64,000 bases of DNA from positions 2,108,001 to 2,172,000 of the forward strand of contig NEEC01000008.1 of assembly GCA_002189035.1 (NCBI GenBank), written 5' to 3'. Position numbers and translations under genes: made by a program. The DNA comes from Utricularia gibba. Its lineage: Eukaryota > Plantae > Magnoliophyta. Every line of letters begins with the position of its first letter. Position 1 is the stretch's first letter. This document shows positions 12,808 to 26,055 of the stretch, piece after piece. The notes beneath the pieces are model-generated. The model did not search any database. It worked only from the letters and a program-made list of their open reading frames with translations, and was not told the DNA's origin.

Positions 12808-14021
12808 ATGGGTAAATCGTCGGCGTCTTCCGCCGCTTGTTTTCTTCGAACTGAGACCGTGAGGAATGGTCGGGGCAAATTGGGGTCCGAGTCAGTTGTG
12901 GTTGGGGGGTGTTCCAGCGTAGAGAAGTCGGGTTTGGATCCGGATCGTCTGCAGAGGAATCCCAGTGCTGTGGTAAACCCAGAAATCCGCGCTATTGATT
13001 CCGCCGGTGTCGTCGTTCCGTTGGCCGATACGAGTATATGTAGGAAATCGGTGGATGATGTGTGGAGGGAGATTATGGCGGGGAAAAAAGCTGAACAGGA
13101 ACCTAAGGAGGAGATGATGACACTCGAGGAATTTCTGCTACAAGCCGGCGTCATGGGGGACACGGACACGGCGTCGGCGTCTACATCGACGGATTTGGTG
13201 GGTGTTAAGGAAGAGAGTGTTGTTATTCATGAGGATAATTCTGGGGTGGGCGTTTTGCATCTCCAAGGAATGAGAGGGAAGAGAAGTTCGATTTCGTTGG
13301 ATCCATTGAATAAAGCGTCGCTCCAACGGCAAAAAAGGATGATTAAGAACCGGGAGTCTGCAGCAAGATCCAGAGAGCGAAAGCAGGTTCGGATTTTGAC
13401 TGAATGATTGCTTGCTTATTTTGGTGTATATTTGCCGCTTCCTTCATGTCTTTTCATGCTCTAATTAGGCGTATCAAGTTGAACTGGAATCCATGGTGAT
13501 GAAACTGGAAGAAGAGAACTTGCAACTTCTGCAAGAGAAGGTGACCCGTCTCGCAAATAGCTCAAGATTCGATTTTTACGCTGCGTCTAGTTTATTATGT
13601 TGCTTCAGTGTCGTTTGGTCTTAATACTTGAAGTGCGATGCAAAGCAATGGGCTTATTTTGCCATTTTCGTCCTGAATTTATGTGCTCCTGAGAACTTTC
13701 TGAAAAACTGGAATGATTCATGTTGCGTTTGATTACAGTAGTTAGAGAATTTGGCAGCTTGGTTTCTTTACTGGTATCCACAGAACAAGATGCTTCTTCC
13801 TATGAATTTTACAATACATTTCACTATCGCAGGCCGAGAGAACGAAGAAGAGGCTCAAGCAGGTTTGGCAGTTGATTTGCTTTATATCCATCATGATAGT
13901 GAGTGCACCAACAACAGAAGTAATTACTTGTTTCTTCTCACAGCTTATGGAAAATGTGATTCCCTTGACGGAGAAACAAACCTCATCTCGTCTTCAAAGA
14001 TTTCACTCCACAGAGTGGTAA
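12808..14021 (+). CDS. GBF4: Group A bZIP, G-box binding factor 4-like, 4 exons
   Basis: KSVDDVWREI, EMMTLEEFL, QRQKRMIKNRESAARSRERKQ | AYQVELESMVMKLEEEN..EK | AERTKKRLKQ | LMENVIPLTEKQTSSRLQRFHSTEW*; all exons join in frame. Confidence 0.9.
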
Positions 14022-14489
14022 TCTTTTCCTCTGATGTAGACATAGATGAGCAACCAGCCATAAACTACCTGATGTTAGACCAGGTTAAGCTTAGTTCATA
14101 GCATTTCTGTATCACTATGAATCATTAAGTTCTGAACTGAGGATCAGCTCTTGTCTTTCCTTGTTGTGTGCCACAGGCATGTTGCACCGACCCTCCGTTG
14201 TGGCGAGATTCTCTGTACAAGGGGTTGTAACGGGAATTGCCGGTGTGACTATCTTACTCAGAACGATTTTTTGTGATGATAGGGGGAGCTATAGGAAGGA
14301 ATGTACAGACTCAAATGCTGGTTGTGTTGATGACAAGTAATATAAAAGCTGCTACTTTTACGTTTTCCCTTGCGATCATGGATTTCCACGTCTCAGGCGA
14401 ACAGCCCAATGGGTAATGACTCAACACCAGCGATAAAAACAATTCCTGAATCACACTAAACAGCGTTGAATGCACCTCTTCTTGGGGAA

Positions 14490-15721
14490 TCAGCTCCTTT
14501 GATCGAGTGCTGATGCAGGAGAAAGAGGTGGTTTATGATCTCCTGGGTGTTTTCTGTTCAGGTATTGGTTCATAATTGTGAGACGAGCGGTCTCGAATGC
14601 GAAGTACCCAATAGCTGAAAAGCACGCACTGTAAAACACGCGAGCCCCCATCCCTCGGGTGAGTCCAATCCATCCCTCTTCCCTGAGTATCTGCTTCACC
14701 ATTGTTGACACTCCGCTGACACTTGCAGCAGCGACCTTATTCATATTCTCCCCGCGAGCTTGAGTCATCAGCCTTGTTTTCACCACGTCCAGGGGAGTTG
14801 TCAGAGAAGCAGATATTGCTCCGGCCAGCGCCCCGCAGAGAACGCTCTGCAATGGCTCTAAATTCGTTCTTTTGGTCTCACGTAATACTGCAGCTTTCAA
14901 GTACTCAAAAGAAGAATAATTCAACACACCAGCAGGCAAGTTCCTAAGCAATGTGGCACTGTATCCGGCATACAGTCCCCAAATACCGTCTTTCTCCAAT
15001 ATCCTGAACAAAACCTCCCAGGACCTACCCTTCGCGCCGGTTTGCATTCTCTGGGTGATCAGTTCCTTAGGCACCATGATTGCCGAGGATACAATATTCC
15101 CCATTGCACCAGCCGTTGGAGGAATCAACAGCGGGGGAACTGCAAACTCTTTGAAAGAACTGACTTGCCAAATTCACATGTTCCGAAGTAAACCGCGGAT
15201 GAAAATGTAGACCCAACGATCACAGCAGAAACGCCGCTGTAGAATCCGAGGAGTCCCTGGTTTTGGAATGTTTTGACAACAACATCAAACGCACCATTGT
15301 AAATCTCGGATGCTCCCTTTGCCTGGAGCTTGGTCTTAACTGTATCAAGCGGGTGAAGGCAAACGTATGTGAAAGCGCCAGCAATTCCGCCTGCTCCAGC
15401 ACCAACGAGCGCCCTTTCAAGAACGGAAAGATTCTTAAACAGAGCATTGACTGTGGGTGAACTCCTTGAAGCTGGTTTTAACCATCCAGGGAACCTGAAA
15501 TTCACTGGGCTTTTCACATGTTCCTCGCCTGAAATCGTTGTTGATGAAAAACATATTCTTGATCTGGGACGTTTTGTGAATCTCTCGATTGGTTCTATTC
15601 TTGAGTGGTTCCGGCTGGACACAAGAGTCCCATTCAACTGGTTGAAGAGGGCATGTAATTCTGGAGAAGTGCTAGAGCTCACAGGAAGAAGACGTAGGGG
15701 TTTCAAATCCAGAGATTCCAT
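14490..15721 (-). CDS. MFL1: Mitochondrial-carrier-family protein, plastid mitoferrin-like 1; intronless, one 1-nt frameshift at 15133-15137
   Basis: Three carrier repeats (PLDTVKTKLQ, PKELITQRMQ, PLDVVKTRLM) and WLKPASRSSP. Adding one C to the C5 run gives FPPLLIPPTAGAMG. Confidence 0.9.
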
Positions 15722-15951
15722 TGTACGTACGTCGCTCACAATCTCCGGCGACAATCGGGATTTGGCCTTGGAACGATGGCAGATTAAACGAAAAATATAA
15801 TTCAATCCCGTAAAAATTATAAAACTTCGGTTTCGCCCCTCAAGTGTAGTGAAAATATAAATACCGTTTTCTATGGGGCCGAAAAGGAAATATTGAAACA
15901 AAAGCCACAAAAATTGTATATTTACTTCGAGTGAAACCTCCAACCCTCAGA

Positions 15952-15960
15952 CTAGGGTTT
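15952..15960 (-). promoter_or_regulatory. Telo-box (AAACCCTAG) between the divergent MFL1 and RZ-1 genes
   Basis: CTAGGGTTT on +; telo-boxes are typical of translation and RNA-processing gene promoters. Confidence 0.5.
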
Positions 15961-16255
15961 GGGTCTTTTGGAGGCAGAATCTTCGACGACGCTGATCCTA
16001 GTTCTTACGCTCGAGGTTAAGAGCTTGCTTCAAGTTTCTTATCATTACTGCTAAGATTATATTTTGTTTTGCTCTGGTATCGGGCCAAGATATCTTGTGA
16101 AAGTTGAACAAAAAAGTATCCTAATGTTTCGCCTGAGTTTTCATGTTGGGGCTTTGTTTTGGCTTCAGGTCGTTGCGTGAATCTTGGATATTGCACTTGC
16201 AGTTTTTTTTTGTTTGTAAAATTCTTGATTTCAGTTTTTTGTGCTGAGCAGGAAC

Positions 16256-17433
16256 ATGGCACAACAAGATGAATTTCGCTGCTTTATCGGTAATCTCTCG
16301 TGGTCAACATCAGACAGAGGCTTGAAAGAAGCATTTGAGAAGTTCGGGCATCTTGTGGATGCTAAGGTTGGAAATTTGTTTTGTTGTGCATTACTGTTTT
16401 GTTTCATGTTCAACCATTCTTTGTCCAGTTCTGGGTTCATGTTTTGGAAGTACGTATCAAATTTGTAGCTTAAACGGGAGACGAGTAAACACAGTCTTGT
16501 TAGCATGTTTTAGTATGTTGGCCGAATGATTAGGTTGGTTGGCGATTTAATATCGAGGTATTCCCATAATCATGAACCTAAGCTGGTTTTACAAGTTCAT
16601 AATCCTTGTGTTGAGTAATAAATACCGTCCTTTGGAAAGGTTAAAGTAAGAGGTGCATATATTTTCTCACTCATCCACTGGGTTTGACCTACCTGGTTCA
16701 TTTTCTGCCAAATGAAGTTGTAGTATCTTCACGAAATGAGAATTGTTAGAAGAAAAATGTAACGGATTTGTCAATATCCAAGATCGATGCTTTTGCTCTT
16801 TAAGGGAGTATATGATGGGGTACCGGGTATTGACTTGTGGTATGGAATGATATTGAACGCTAGTTACTGGTTAGCATTTTTTGTATCCAGTATTCCTCTA
16901 ATCGTAACAATTTTAACTTTTATCCTGATCAGGTTGTACTTGACAAGTTCAGTGGTCGTTCTCGTGGGTTTGGTTTTGTTACTTTCGATGAAGAGCAAGC
17001 CATGGAAGAAGCCATAGAGAAAATGAATGGCATGGATTTGGATGGACGGTCAATTACTGTTGACAAAGCACAGGCCAACCAAGGATCCGGCAGAGACCAG
17101 GACCGAGATAGAGGCCGAGATCGGGATCATGATCGTGATAGAGGAGGCAGGAATCGTGACAATGGCGGTGGAGGCCGTGGCTCCGGAGGCGACTGCTTCA
17201 AGTGTGGAAAGCCTGGACATTTTGCACGTGAATGCCCTTCTGGAGATGACTCCAGGGGAGGTAGATATGGTGGGAGAGATGACAGATATGGAGGCGGAAG
17301 CCGCTCTGGGCCTGACAGAAATGGTGACAGGTATGGTGGCCGAAGCAGGGACTACGGTAGCCGTGGTGGGTCTGCAAATGATAGCTATAACAGGGAGCGC
17401 TCAGGGCCGTATGAGCGCCCGTCTCGTGCGTGA
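16256..17433 (+). CDS. RZ-1A: Glycine-rich RNA-binding protein RZ-1 (RRM + CCHC knuckle + RGG/DR tail), 2 coding exons
   Basis: RNP2 CFIGNL, RNP1 [22 protein letters not shown]; intron after LVDAK. Confidence 0.95.
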
Positions 17434-17803
17434 TCGCATGCAATCTTTGTTGGGATCTTCAGCTGCGGCTACTTCATACTCGTAATGGCTTGTTCTCGTA
17501 ACCATTTTGCTTGTGAAATTGTATATCCTGCCAGATTCTTACTTGCTTTCGTTCCCCTGTCATGGTATTCTTGTTTTGATGGTTGTTTCCAGGTTTATCA
17601 ACTCTTTGCATCCACTCGCATATACACCAAAAGTCCTTGAAACAATTGGGATGGATCAGGGAAAGTATGCACGTAAGAGCCAAAAAATTGGGCTACCTCT
17701 TGTTCCTCCATCTACTACATATATGCTTTGCTAGTATGCACACCCTGATCCCTGGGAGGAAAAACTCGAATTCTTTTTTTCTTCCGGGCTGTCCAGAAAT
17801 GGT

Positions 17804-20800
17804 CTATTTGTCGGAACTCCTGATGTTGTACTTGTGGTAGACCTTGTCTCGGTTCTCCGACCACCATATCTCTGCTTGGCGTTCCCCAAACCTCCTCCGG
17901 CTGCGCATGCGTTATCAAGCATGTAATAGCATTCAACCTCGATGTGATTCCTTCCAGGGATACATGTACTGGAAGTGAGAATGGAGGATGCTATGTACCT
18001 GAAGCGGACGCGTTTGAGGTCTGTAGTTCCATCACGGAAGGACACGAGCGTTATGTACACTCCGGGTTCATATTGCTCAATCCATTCAGCTTCAACCTGG
18101 TTGCCACCACCCGTCTGTGGTACAAGGTTTCTTGATCTTGATCCCGTTTCGTTCTCATGAAGCGAAGGCGATGAATTGTCGTCAGCTGTTTCTCGTATGT
18201 TTCCTGTGCCATTTGGGTATCTTGGGCTCAAGCCGTTTGTGGAGGCGGCTGATCCGATGCTACCAGGAGCAGCAGCACCCACATGTGACTCAGATGCACC
18301 TTGCTTTCTAATCTGCGCGGCCGCTCCCGGCACTGAGCTCGCGTTGTCGGAGATGCTTGCAGCAGCGCCATTTGATTCCAATTCTCCGTTTGGGAGGTAC
18401 ATGAGCTTCACGCTTTCGGCATCGTACCCTCCTGACCCCGGAGGCAACCTCTCCGCCATGTCCCTGAGCTGTTAAGGTCCACAGGATAACATATGCATTA
18501 CATCACGGAAATGCAATGCCTGGTAAATAGCATGCATATCTTATGGAAACGCACCTGCGCTGCAAGTGACTTGATCACTTCCTTGGCAGCTTTGCATTTG
18601 GCAGATTCCTCGGCAGCAAGCGCCATTGCTTCACGTGCTTTCACCGTGGCCACTTGTAACTCGGACTCTTGCCTCTCAGATCGGCTTTGAAGAACATCCA
18701 CCTGAACATACGCGGGCAACCCAAGTCATAATAACTTTCTAGTTCAGAGCAGAGAGAGCTGGAGGAGCTTCCTACCTGAAGCCGTAATTTGTGGACTTGC
18801 TGACTGAGGAGCTCATTTGTGCTCTTTAAACTGTCAGCGATGTTTTTGGAGAAGGAAAGCCCAGACACCGTAGGAACGGGTGTTGCTGACCGTGGAGGAG
18901 GACTAAGCTTCCTCGAGAAGGGAGATACAGGTCTCGAACCAACACCCGCCGGAGCATTGATCGGCTTTGGTGCACTAGTCTTCCGAGCCGTCTCAAGAGC
19001 TGTTGCCATCAGAGCATCCTTGAACTGCAGTAAAGATGGCTGATCCAAGGAGAATATGTCCGCTTTCTTACCTTGTTTGGCTGCTGCTTTTGCATCCAGC
19101 TGCTTGATCAAATCAATGTTGGATGAAGAAGACGACTTGGTCGACGATACTGTTGATCGGCTTTCACCAGAAAGCCGTGGCCCGGAATTCCTACGACTGA
19201 CACCACCAGCAGCCTCTACAACTGTGCTCAGTTTGACAAAACAAGAATCACACACTCTGTAAGGTTTGGAAGGATTAGGAGCCAACGCTGCACGAATAGC
19301 TTTCCTTGAACTGCAGGCATGGCAGTGCACCAGGCCACAGTTGTAGCAGTTATGCCTTTTCCGGGTGAAACCGAATGCCTGTTTGCAGGCAAAGCAGTGT
19401 GACTGCCCGGCGCCGGAAACCCATTTATGAAGACATACAGCTGCTGAATAACTTGAACCACAGGCAATAAATTTAACATATCTATCTTTCAAAGCTTCCA
19501 CTGCAGTGGGCGTTTTCCTGTCTTCCACATCTCCATGACCCAACCTCCCATTAGCGCCCTTGCCCCATGTGTAAACCTCATTTTTAAGTGTCAACACGAC
19601 CACATGGTATGCTCCACAAGCAATTTCTTCAACGGATTCACTGGCAAGCTTGTCCACAACTGAGGAAGGTAGCTTTCCATCTGACTGAAGATTTCCAAGT
19701 TGACCGTACACCGGACTCCCCATCGTGAAAACCATCCCAGATGTGGTTAGCCCAACTGTTAAACTGTGACCACAGCCAACTTTGCGAAAATCGTAGTCAA
19801 CAATTGAAGATACACATGTAGGCCTGAGTCTAGGTTCCTTGTCCCCATGTCCAAGACGATTTTTGTCGCCATCACCCCAAGTGAATAGCTTCCCGGAGCT
19901 ATAACTGGAACCAGAATGGGTGGCAATGACATCAACTACGGCAGCAGTGTGCCACACTCCACATGCAACAGCCAATGTCCTCAGTCCTGAAAGAGAGGCC
20001 ACTTCCTTGGGGGATAACACGTTTTCCCGGTTTCCATGGCCCAAAACGCCAAAAGTTCCTACTCCGAAAGTGAACAGTTGGCCGGTTGATGTTATCAAGG
20101 CAGTGTGCCAAGGACCACAGGCAACCACTGTAACTTGAAACCCATCTAGAGGCCCAGAAATTCTCTTTGGTATCCAATGACTGACATTAGAGCCATGTCC
20201 CAGGAGCCCAGCATTGTGTGTCCCATCACCCCAAGTGTAGAGTTCACCAGCGGTGGTCACAGCACAAGTGTGGAACTCGCCACATGCAACAAAATCAACA
20301 TTGCAAAAACTCAAGGACTCTACTGCACAAGGTTGAGTCACATCTTTCCCAACTCCATGACCCAGACGTCCACCAGATTCCTCACCCCAACAGAAAAGCT
20401 CACCTTGCCGGGAAATAAGTGCAGCATGTCGTACACCACATGCAATAAACAGCACATCCAGAAGAACTCTGGATTCTAATGGCCTAGGAAGAAGCATATC
20501 AACTTTAGGGCTCATCAAACTGCCATTCTTCTTTGCCCCAACCTTCACATTATTATCATAAATAACTTCACCCCATATATAAATGTCTCCCAATGCATCA
20601 CAATCGTCTGGTGCAGATCCATGACTAGAAGTGCTGGGGGCACTTGATACACTAACTCGGAAAGCATCAGAACTAAATCCTTTGCCTTGAGTATTCATTT
20701 GATCAAAGGCAACATGTAAATTATTATGAGAATTAACTACTTTAGAGCTGAAGAAAACCTCAGATGAACTCCTTTCTTCTACGCTGCACACTGAGATATC

Positions 20801-22054
20801 ACTTATGCTGCTGGATGTAAGATCTTTATTGCCCTGAGATCACTCAAAGTACACCCATAAGGTTGATAGCGAGCTGCAACATACCTCTGATAAAAAAAGA
20901 ACAAAAAAAATCCTCATAAAATCAAAGAAATAGGAATATTATTCACCTTTCAATCTCAACTGTACTACTAACATACTCCCCTTAATTAAATAAAAGAAAT
21001 TCACTTAAGAATTAGACGAGAAGACACCCATTTAAATATTATCGAGGATTCAGAGTCATAATGATATTATCAGGAGCAAAAAAGGCTCAATCTAAAACTC
21101 CATTCACAGTTAAAAAAATTGTTCACCTCAAAACAGAGTTCCCCATCTTCCCATCCATCAATCTTTGATCCCCCAGCTTGACCTGATGATATCAACGACT
21201 TAATACCAGCTATCCAGATTTCTGCTTCAACTCTGTCCTTGCAGATAAATGGAATTAAAAAACCTCAATAAATTTGAACCAAGCACGGGCAGTTTTGGGG
21301 TTCAAGCATACAATCATATACACTGAACAGATCGAGGGATCTTTTCCCATTGCTATATATGAGAGAAAACGATAAATGCTTCTTCTCGGGATGAAGAAAA
21401 TGCCGGAAAACAGCCTGGAAAGAATTCCTTCACTATCCAACACATGAAGCCTCGTAGGGGATATCAAAGGCAAGAATAGATGGACAATTAGAGTTCTTTG
21501 TCCTGGGATGATTCTTGAAACTGAAGTCAACTTCAAAGTTTTTTCTCCGGTACTAGAAATCCAAATTTAAGTTTTCCCATCCTATAATAGCCAGATTAAC
21601 AAGTGAACAGAAAAGCTACAGGTAAACCAGAGTTGCATACTACGGAAAACTTAAAAGCATCACACCCAACTGAACAACAAGATATTAACAAAACTTATAT
21701 ACTAGCCCTACACCGGAAAGTCTAAATGGACAGAACTCAAGGCTTCCTTTTCGCCCATATTTGAGAAGCGGCGCTCCCTTTTTCAGTGCAATCAAAGCCT
21801 GTAAAACGACCAGCAGATTAGCACACGTTGAGTTAAATACAAGCTGGCACAGAGAGCATCCATCTGGTAGGTTAATGCAAGGAACAATCACTCACAAATG
21901 CGGCTCTGGACTAAAAACAAAAGTACTTGCCTAAAAGACAGAGCCTTTTCTCAATGTTCAAGTACTATTAGATGCTTCTTCAAGCGAACTGAAGAAGAAA
22001 ACCCAACCGCTCATTGCCGTGATCGGCATTATCGCGGCTAACAAGATCTGCCAT
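17804..22054 (-). CDS. PRAF1: PH-RCC1-FYVE-BRX protein (PRAF/RLD family); PH-domain exons carry lesions
   Basis: MADLVS.. | [21 protein letters not shown] | PH exons | seven RCC1 repeats, [52 protein letters not shown]. Intactness of the 5' part is doubtful. Confidence 0.92.
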
Positions 22055-24912
22055 TCCATGTGAAGCGTTTACCGCCGCACCAACACCATCTCCACCGTGC
22101 AACTCTACTCATTATCATGCCACAGCTCCACTGATGCACCAAAGAACCAACCACCCCACCCGCTTCACTTGGCTACCTTTGCCATTGAAAGCAGTAGCGA
22201 CGAAATCTCGAATTAACTGCACATTTCCCGTTTATCAGATCTAAAGAAACCTGAGCCAGAAACAAACAAACGATAACATGGTCCACCTCAACTTGCCTGC
22301 CGATTTTCCAAATCCCTATACAAAAAAAAGGGCCCCAGCGCTCCCGCGTTTGACCGACTGACGGAAACCAAACCAACTAATATGAGCCGGTGACGAAAGA
22401 AGAAACGAGCTCGGGAAAGAGCTAGATACACTGAAAACGGTTTTTAACAAAAAAGAAAAAGAATAACAGGCGTAGACAGACTAAATGGTCAAAGCTTGGA
22501 TGTGAAAGAAGCAGCGGATGCACAGTGCATCCATTACGAATTTCCGCCTGAAACCGAAGACCTGAAAACCCAGAAATACTCAGCCGCGATCCGCCGTGGA
22601 AGCCTTCAACTTCATTCAACCGTTCGCAACGCGGTAGGCCGAGTTTAGAAGGTGGTGCAGTTGAAACTAAAAAATCCGCTGCGTTCAGCCAGAGTGGGAC
22701 CCCGTGGTTGGCCCCACATCAACCCCATGAAGTCAACTACGAAATCTCCAAACTACCCTTGTTCTGTACGGGCCCCGCGACGGCAACCGGTGGTCCGTTC
22801 CACGGAGCCCTCCCCCGCGTCCCGCCGGCGAGCCTCTTCTGAGCACACACAATGTTTCTCCGTCGGACGGAACGGTGAATCGACAATGGAAACTCACATC
22901 CACGGCAGAGTGATCCTTGGTGCCAAAGCCGCTGTTTTGTTGGCCTGCATCCGTTCACCTATAGTTTGTCAGAAAAGTGAGATCAATCATTGAAATTACC
23001 AGTTCAACGCATGTACTTTCCTGCGTCCGTCTCTGTGCAGAATGCAAAGGCTTCATGGTAGCCGAAGCACATGGAGAATGGGGGCAAGGACAAGCACAAC
23101 AACCGCACTATTAGCAGCAACATGGAAGCACATCAAGGGATTACATCCATCACAAGCCACAGAACACTGATTCAGATGGCTAAGCTAGGAAACAACCATC
23201 CCGTGATCCTGTCATGTAGCGATTCTCTATGTACGCATATACTTTTCTCCACTTACGAAAAGATGAAAGCCAAGAGAAAGAAAACAAGGTTACATGTATC
23301 ATGGAGGAGGAGAGTCTCACTCACCGGTGCTGTGGATGAGCCGCTGTCGGCTGTCTTTTAGGCTGATGTTCAGAAACGTGGCACTCAACTGCTGGATACA
23401 AGTGGTCAGGGATTCGACCACTGGTTGTAGTAATGCAGATTCAACACTGGGGCAGCTCTGATGATTATGCAACTAAACACTCCGGGACGAGTACATGCCC
23501 TCGGTGCAGGGAACAATCATCTTGGTTTCTTCCAAGTCTCCACTGTTCTGGTTTCTGTTTGAGTTTCATGATTGGTTATAAAAGCAGCCATGGGACAGTG
23601 TAGTATGTAATGGAGGAGGTTGAGGGTACCTGTATAGCACATAGAAAGTTTGCTCATGACATGCAAATAAAAAAGATCTGGTTTTTATGAACTCCCATGA
23701 TTCCAAGAGCAAGTTTGTTCTCTTCAAATTCCAGTTGATGATGGTGATTTCAGGAACTGAGCAAGTTTCATGCGACTTCCCAAACACAAAATGAGAAATA
23801 GCTTCTGTCTTTGTCTTCTGAAACTTGTGGAAAAGACATGGACTTCACGAATCCTAACTCCTACTGAGTCCTAGCAGCAGATGTTAAAAACAAGTTTGAG
23901 TTCCAAAGCATTAGCATCATCAGCATATGAAATGCGGCTATTTCAACGCACAGAATGCTACTACCGGCCATACACTAGCAATCATCATGATGATACAGAT
24001 AAATAACCACAGAGAAGCCCTGAGCCTACCTACAACTGGAACAAATAACAGAAGAAAAATGAAGGATTTTAAGCAACTGAGATATCTCATATAATAACCT
24101 GTGGGCTGTGATAGTGTGATTACAAAACCTTTTTTCTTTGGGAAAGGGAATTACAGCTACTGGTTTACTTTTTACCGCAGCAATAAATTGGAAATCTGTG
24201 ATGGTCGGTTGTGAGACCAACCCAGGGCACGCCCACCTCCATTTACGCTGGGTTTCACTCCACAACATATACCAATTGTTTCCTTTTCTCTCAGACTGAG
24301 TCATAGTCCAGCCCACGCGACACTTTTCCACCTTTTAACCTAATAAAATTACCATAGCCTAGATGGCAGTAAAAAGGTAAAGATGCTTTCCATTGTCTGC
24401 TCTAAAAACCGTGCCTTTACCATGGAATTGGAAGCAAAACGCAACTAAATCAGAAGAAGAAACATATAGACAGGTGGGAATCGGAGATGCAACCACTTTC
24501 TAACTGCCCTTTCCTCGTGTTCGATTATTGTACAGACTCAAGATCACATCCAGGCTGAAACCAGCATGACAAAAGTAAACGCAATATATGTAATTGCGAA
24601 ACTAGAGTAAGGTGTTCCATGTTCATTCGTACACAAAGTGGGAGTTGTCGTGGGAATGCAATGAACTGATGTAATGAATCTAACAGGTTCTCTACTCCTC
24701 GTAAATCACATAAAGATAAAACTTTTAAGACCTTCGCAAAGTCCTTCAGCAGAACTGTGACAGAGTAGCAGCAAGTTGTATGCTCCACACTCTCAAGTCT
24801 AAATTCCCAGTCCCGGCAAGCATATCGGTTCCAGTTCCACCACAACATCAATATAGATAAAATAGAAACGCCGAAGCGCAGGGCGAAATTGGACCGTAAA
24901 CGTACAGTACAT

Positions 24913-26055
24913 CTAGGGGAATGCGTCGAGCCTTGCGTCAAGCATAAATCCGCGAAAAAGACCATCTCCGCTGCCGGGGACGCCGTCAATCCACCTCCAC
25001 CCATTTTTGCCGTCGCCATTATCTTCCCAAAGAGCTAATCTTCCAACCCTTTTCGCAGAAAAGCATACATGGCTCCCACCACCAAAAACCTTAAACTTAC
25101 TACTTTCTGCGAAACAACGGTACATTTCAGGGGGCATTCGTGTAACCTCTTCCCACTCCAAGCTCTCCAAATCAAGCTTTAATATCAAGATTGTTGTGCA
25201 CGAGCTCTGCAGGGCGTAAGAGCTTTTTAATCCGCCCACCATGTAAACCTTCTCATCATCCCCGGATTTAACCAGCCTCGGCCGCTTCAGAATATCGAGC
25301 GTGTCGCCCCACTCGCTCTTTTTAAGCCTAACCCACTGCATAGATTTCTCCGAGTCCACGATTTTGGTCTTGAACATTGCCCATTGGGACCTCCAAGGAG
25401 TGCCCAAATCGCATAACGTGAGGATGAAATCAGATATCAGGACCGCGCTGCGAGGCTTTGCAGGGAGATTGGAAGAGAATTTGAGCCAATTTCTTACGGA
25501 ATTCGAGCATAGATTTCCCCCGCTTTCGGGATTGTTATACTCGGAATAATATAGAACAGCAAGCTCACTTAGAACAATAACCACGTCAAGCGATCCAGCC
25601 AAGACAGACCCGTGGCGCGACCAAGCGGACCCAAGCTGAGGGAGGGTCTTGAACTGACAAGTCAAAGGGTTGCAAACAACAAGGGCCTTCTGCGATAAGA
25701 CGTTCTTGGATCCCTGCTCGACAGCCCAGAGGTAGAGTAGTCCACGGGCGGAGGTGATCGGGTGGAGGGCAGAGAAGGGCAGAAAAGCAAGAGAAAATCT
25801 AAGCCATCGATTTAATTCTGGATCGAAGCCGTGGAGAATGGGATGTGGGCAGGCATGTCTGTGGGAGGGCTTGAGGGCGAGAAGGGAAAGTGGGCGCGAT
25901 TGGGCTCGGAGGAGGTGGAGGAAGGACTGGCCGGAGAGAGCGGAGTAGAAGGCTTTGCAGACGCATTTTGCGGCGGCGATTTGGCGGAGAGGCAAGTGGC
26001 AGAAGATCAGATGAATGGTCTCTTGGGGTAGCACGTTGAATGGGGAAGAATCCAT
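24913..26055 (-). CDS. SKIP15: F-box protein, SKIP15-like, intronless
   Basis: N-terminal F-box LPQETIHLIF..LP; CNPLT..LPQLGSAWSRHG, KFSSNLP.KPRS, SSKFKVFGGG, RWIDGVPG. Confidence 0.9.
   Translation of the reverse strand: MDSSPFNVLPQETIHLIFCHLPLRQIAAAKCVCKAFYSALSGQSFLHLLRAQSRPLSLLALKPSHRHACPHPILHGFDPELNRWLRFSLAFLPFSALHPITSARGLLYLWAVEQGSKNVLSQKALVVCNPLTCQFKTLPQLGSAWSRHGSVLAGSLDVVIVLSELAVLYYSEYNNPESGGNLCSNSVRNWLKFSSNLPAKPRSAVLISDFILTLCDLGTPWRSQWAMFKTKIVDSEKSMQWVRLKKSEWGDTLDILKRPRLVKSGDDEKVYMVGGLKSSYALQSSCTTILILKLDLESLEWEEVTRMPPEMYRCFAESSKFKVFGGGSHVCFSAKRVGRLALWEDNGDGKNGWRWIDGVPGSGDGLFRGFMLDARLDAFP

Noticed and set aside
13944-14101. Apparent frameshift in the last GBF4 exon suggested by ORF 13751-14101
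   Set aside because: Recounting shows LMENVIPLTEKQTSSRLQRFHSTEW* is in frame; the listed ORF is a different frame.
23395-23430. tRNA-like T-loop (GGTCGAATCCC, minus strand) within a small hairpin
   Set aside because: No A-box, D-arm, anticodon arm or acceptor stem.
24195-24300. Possible C/D or H/ACA snoRNA (GTGATG...CTGA with an internal hairpin)
   Set aside because: Box C is imperfect, there is no terminal stem, and no rRNA guide could be recognised.
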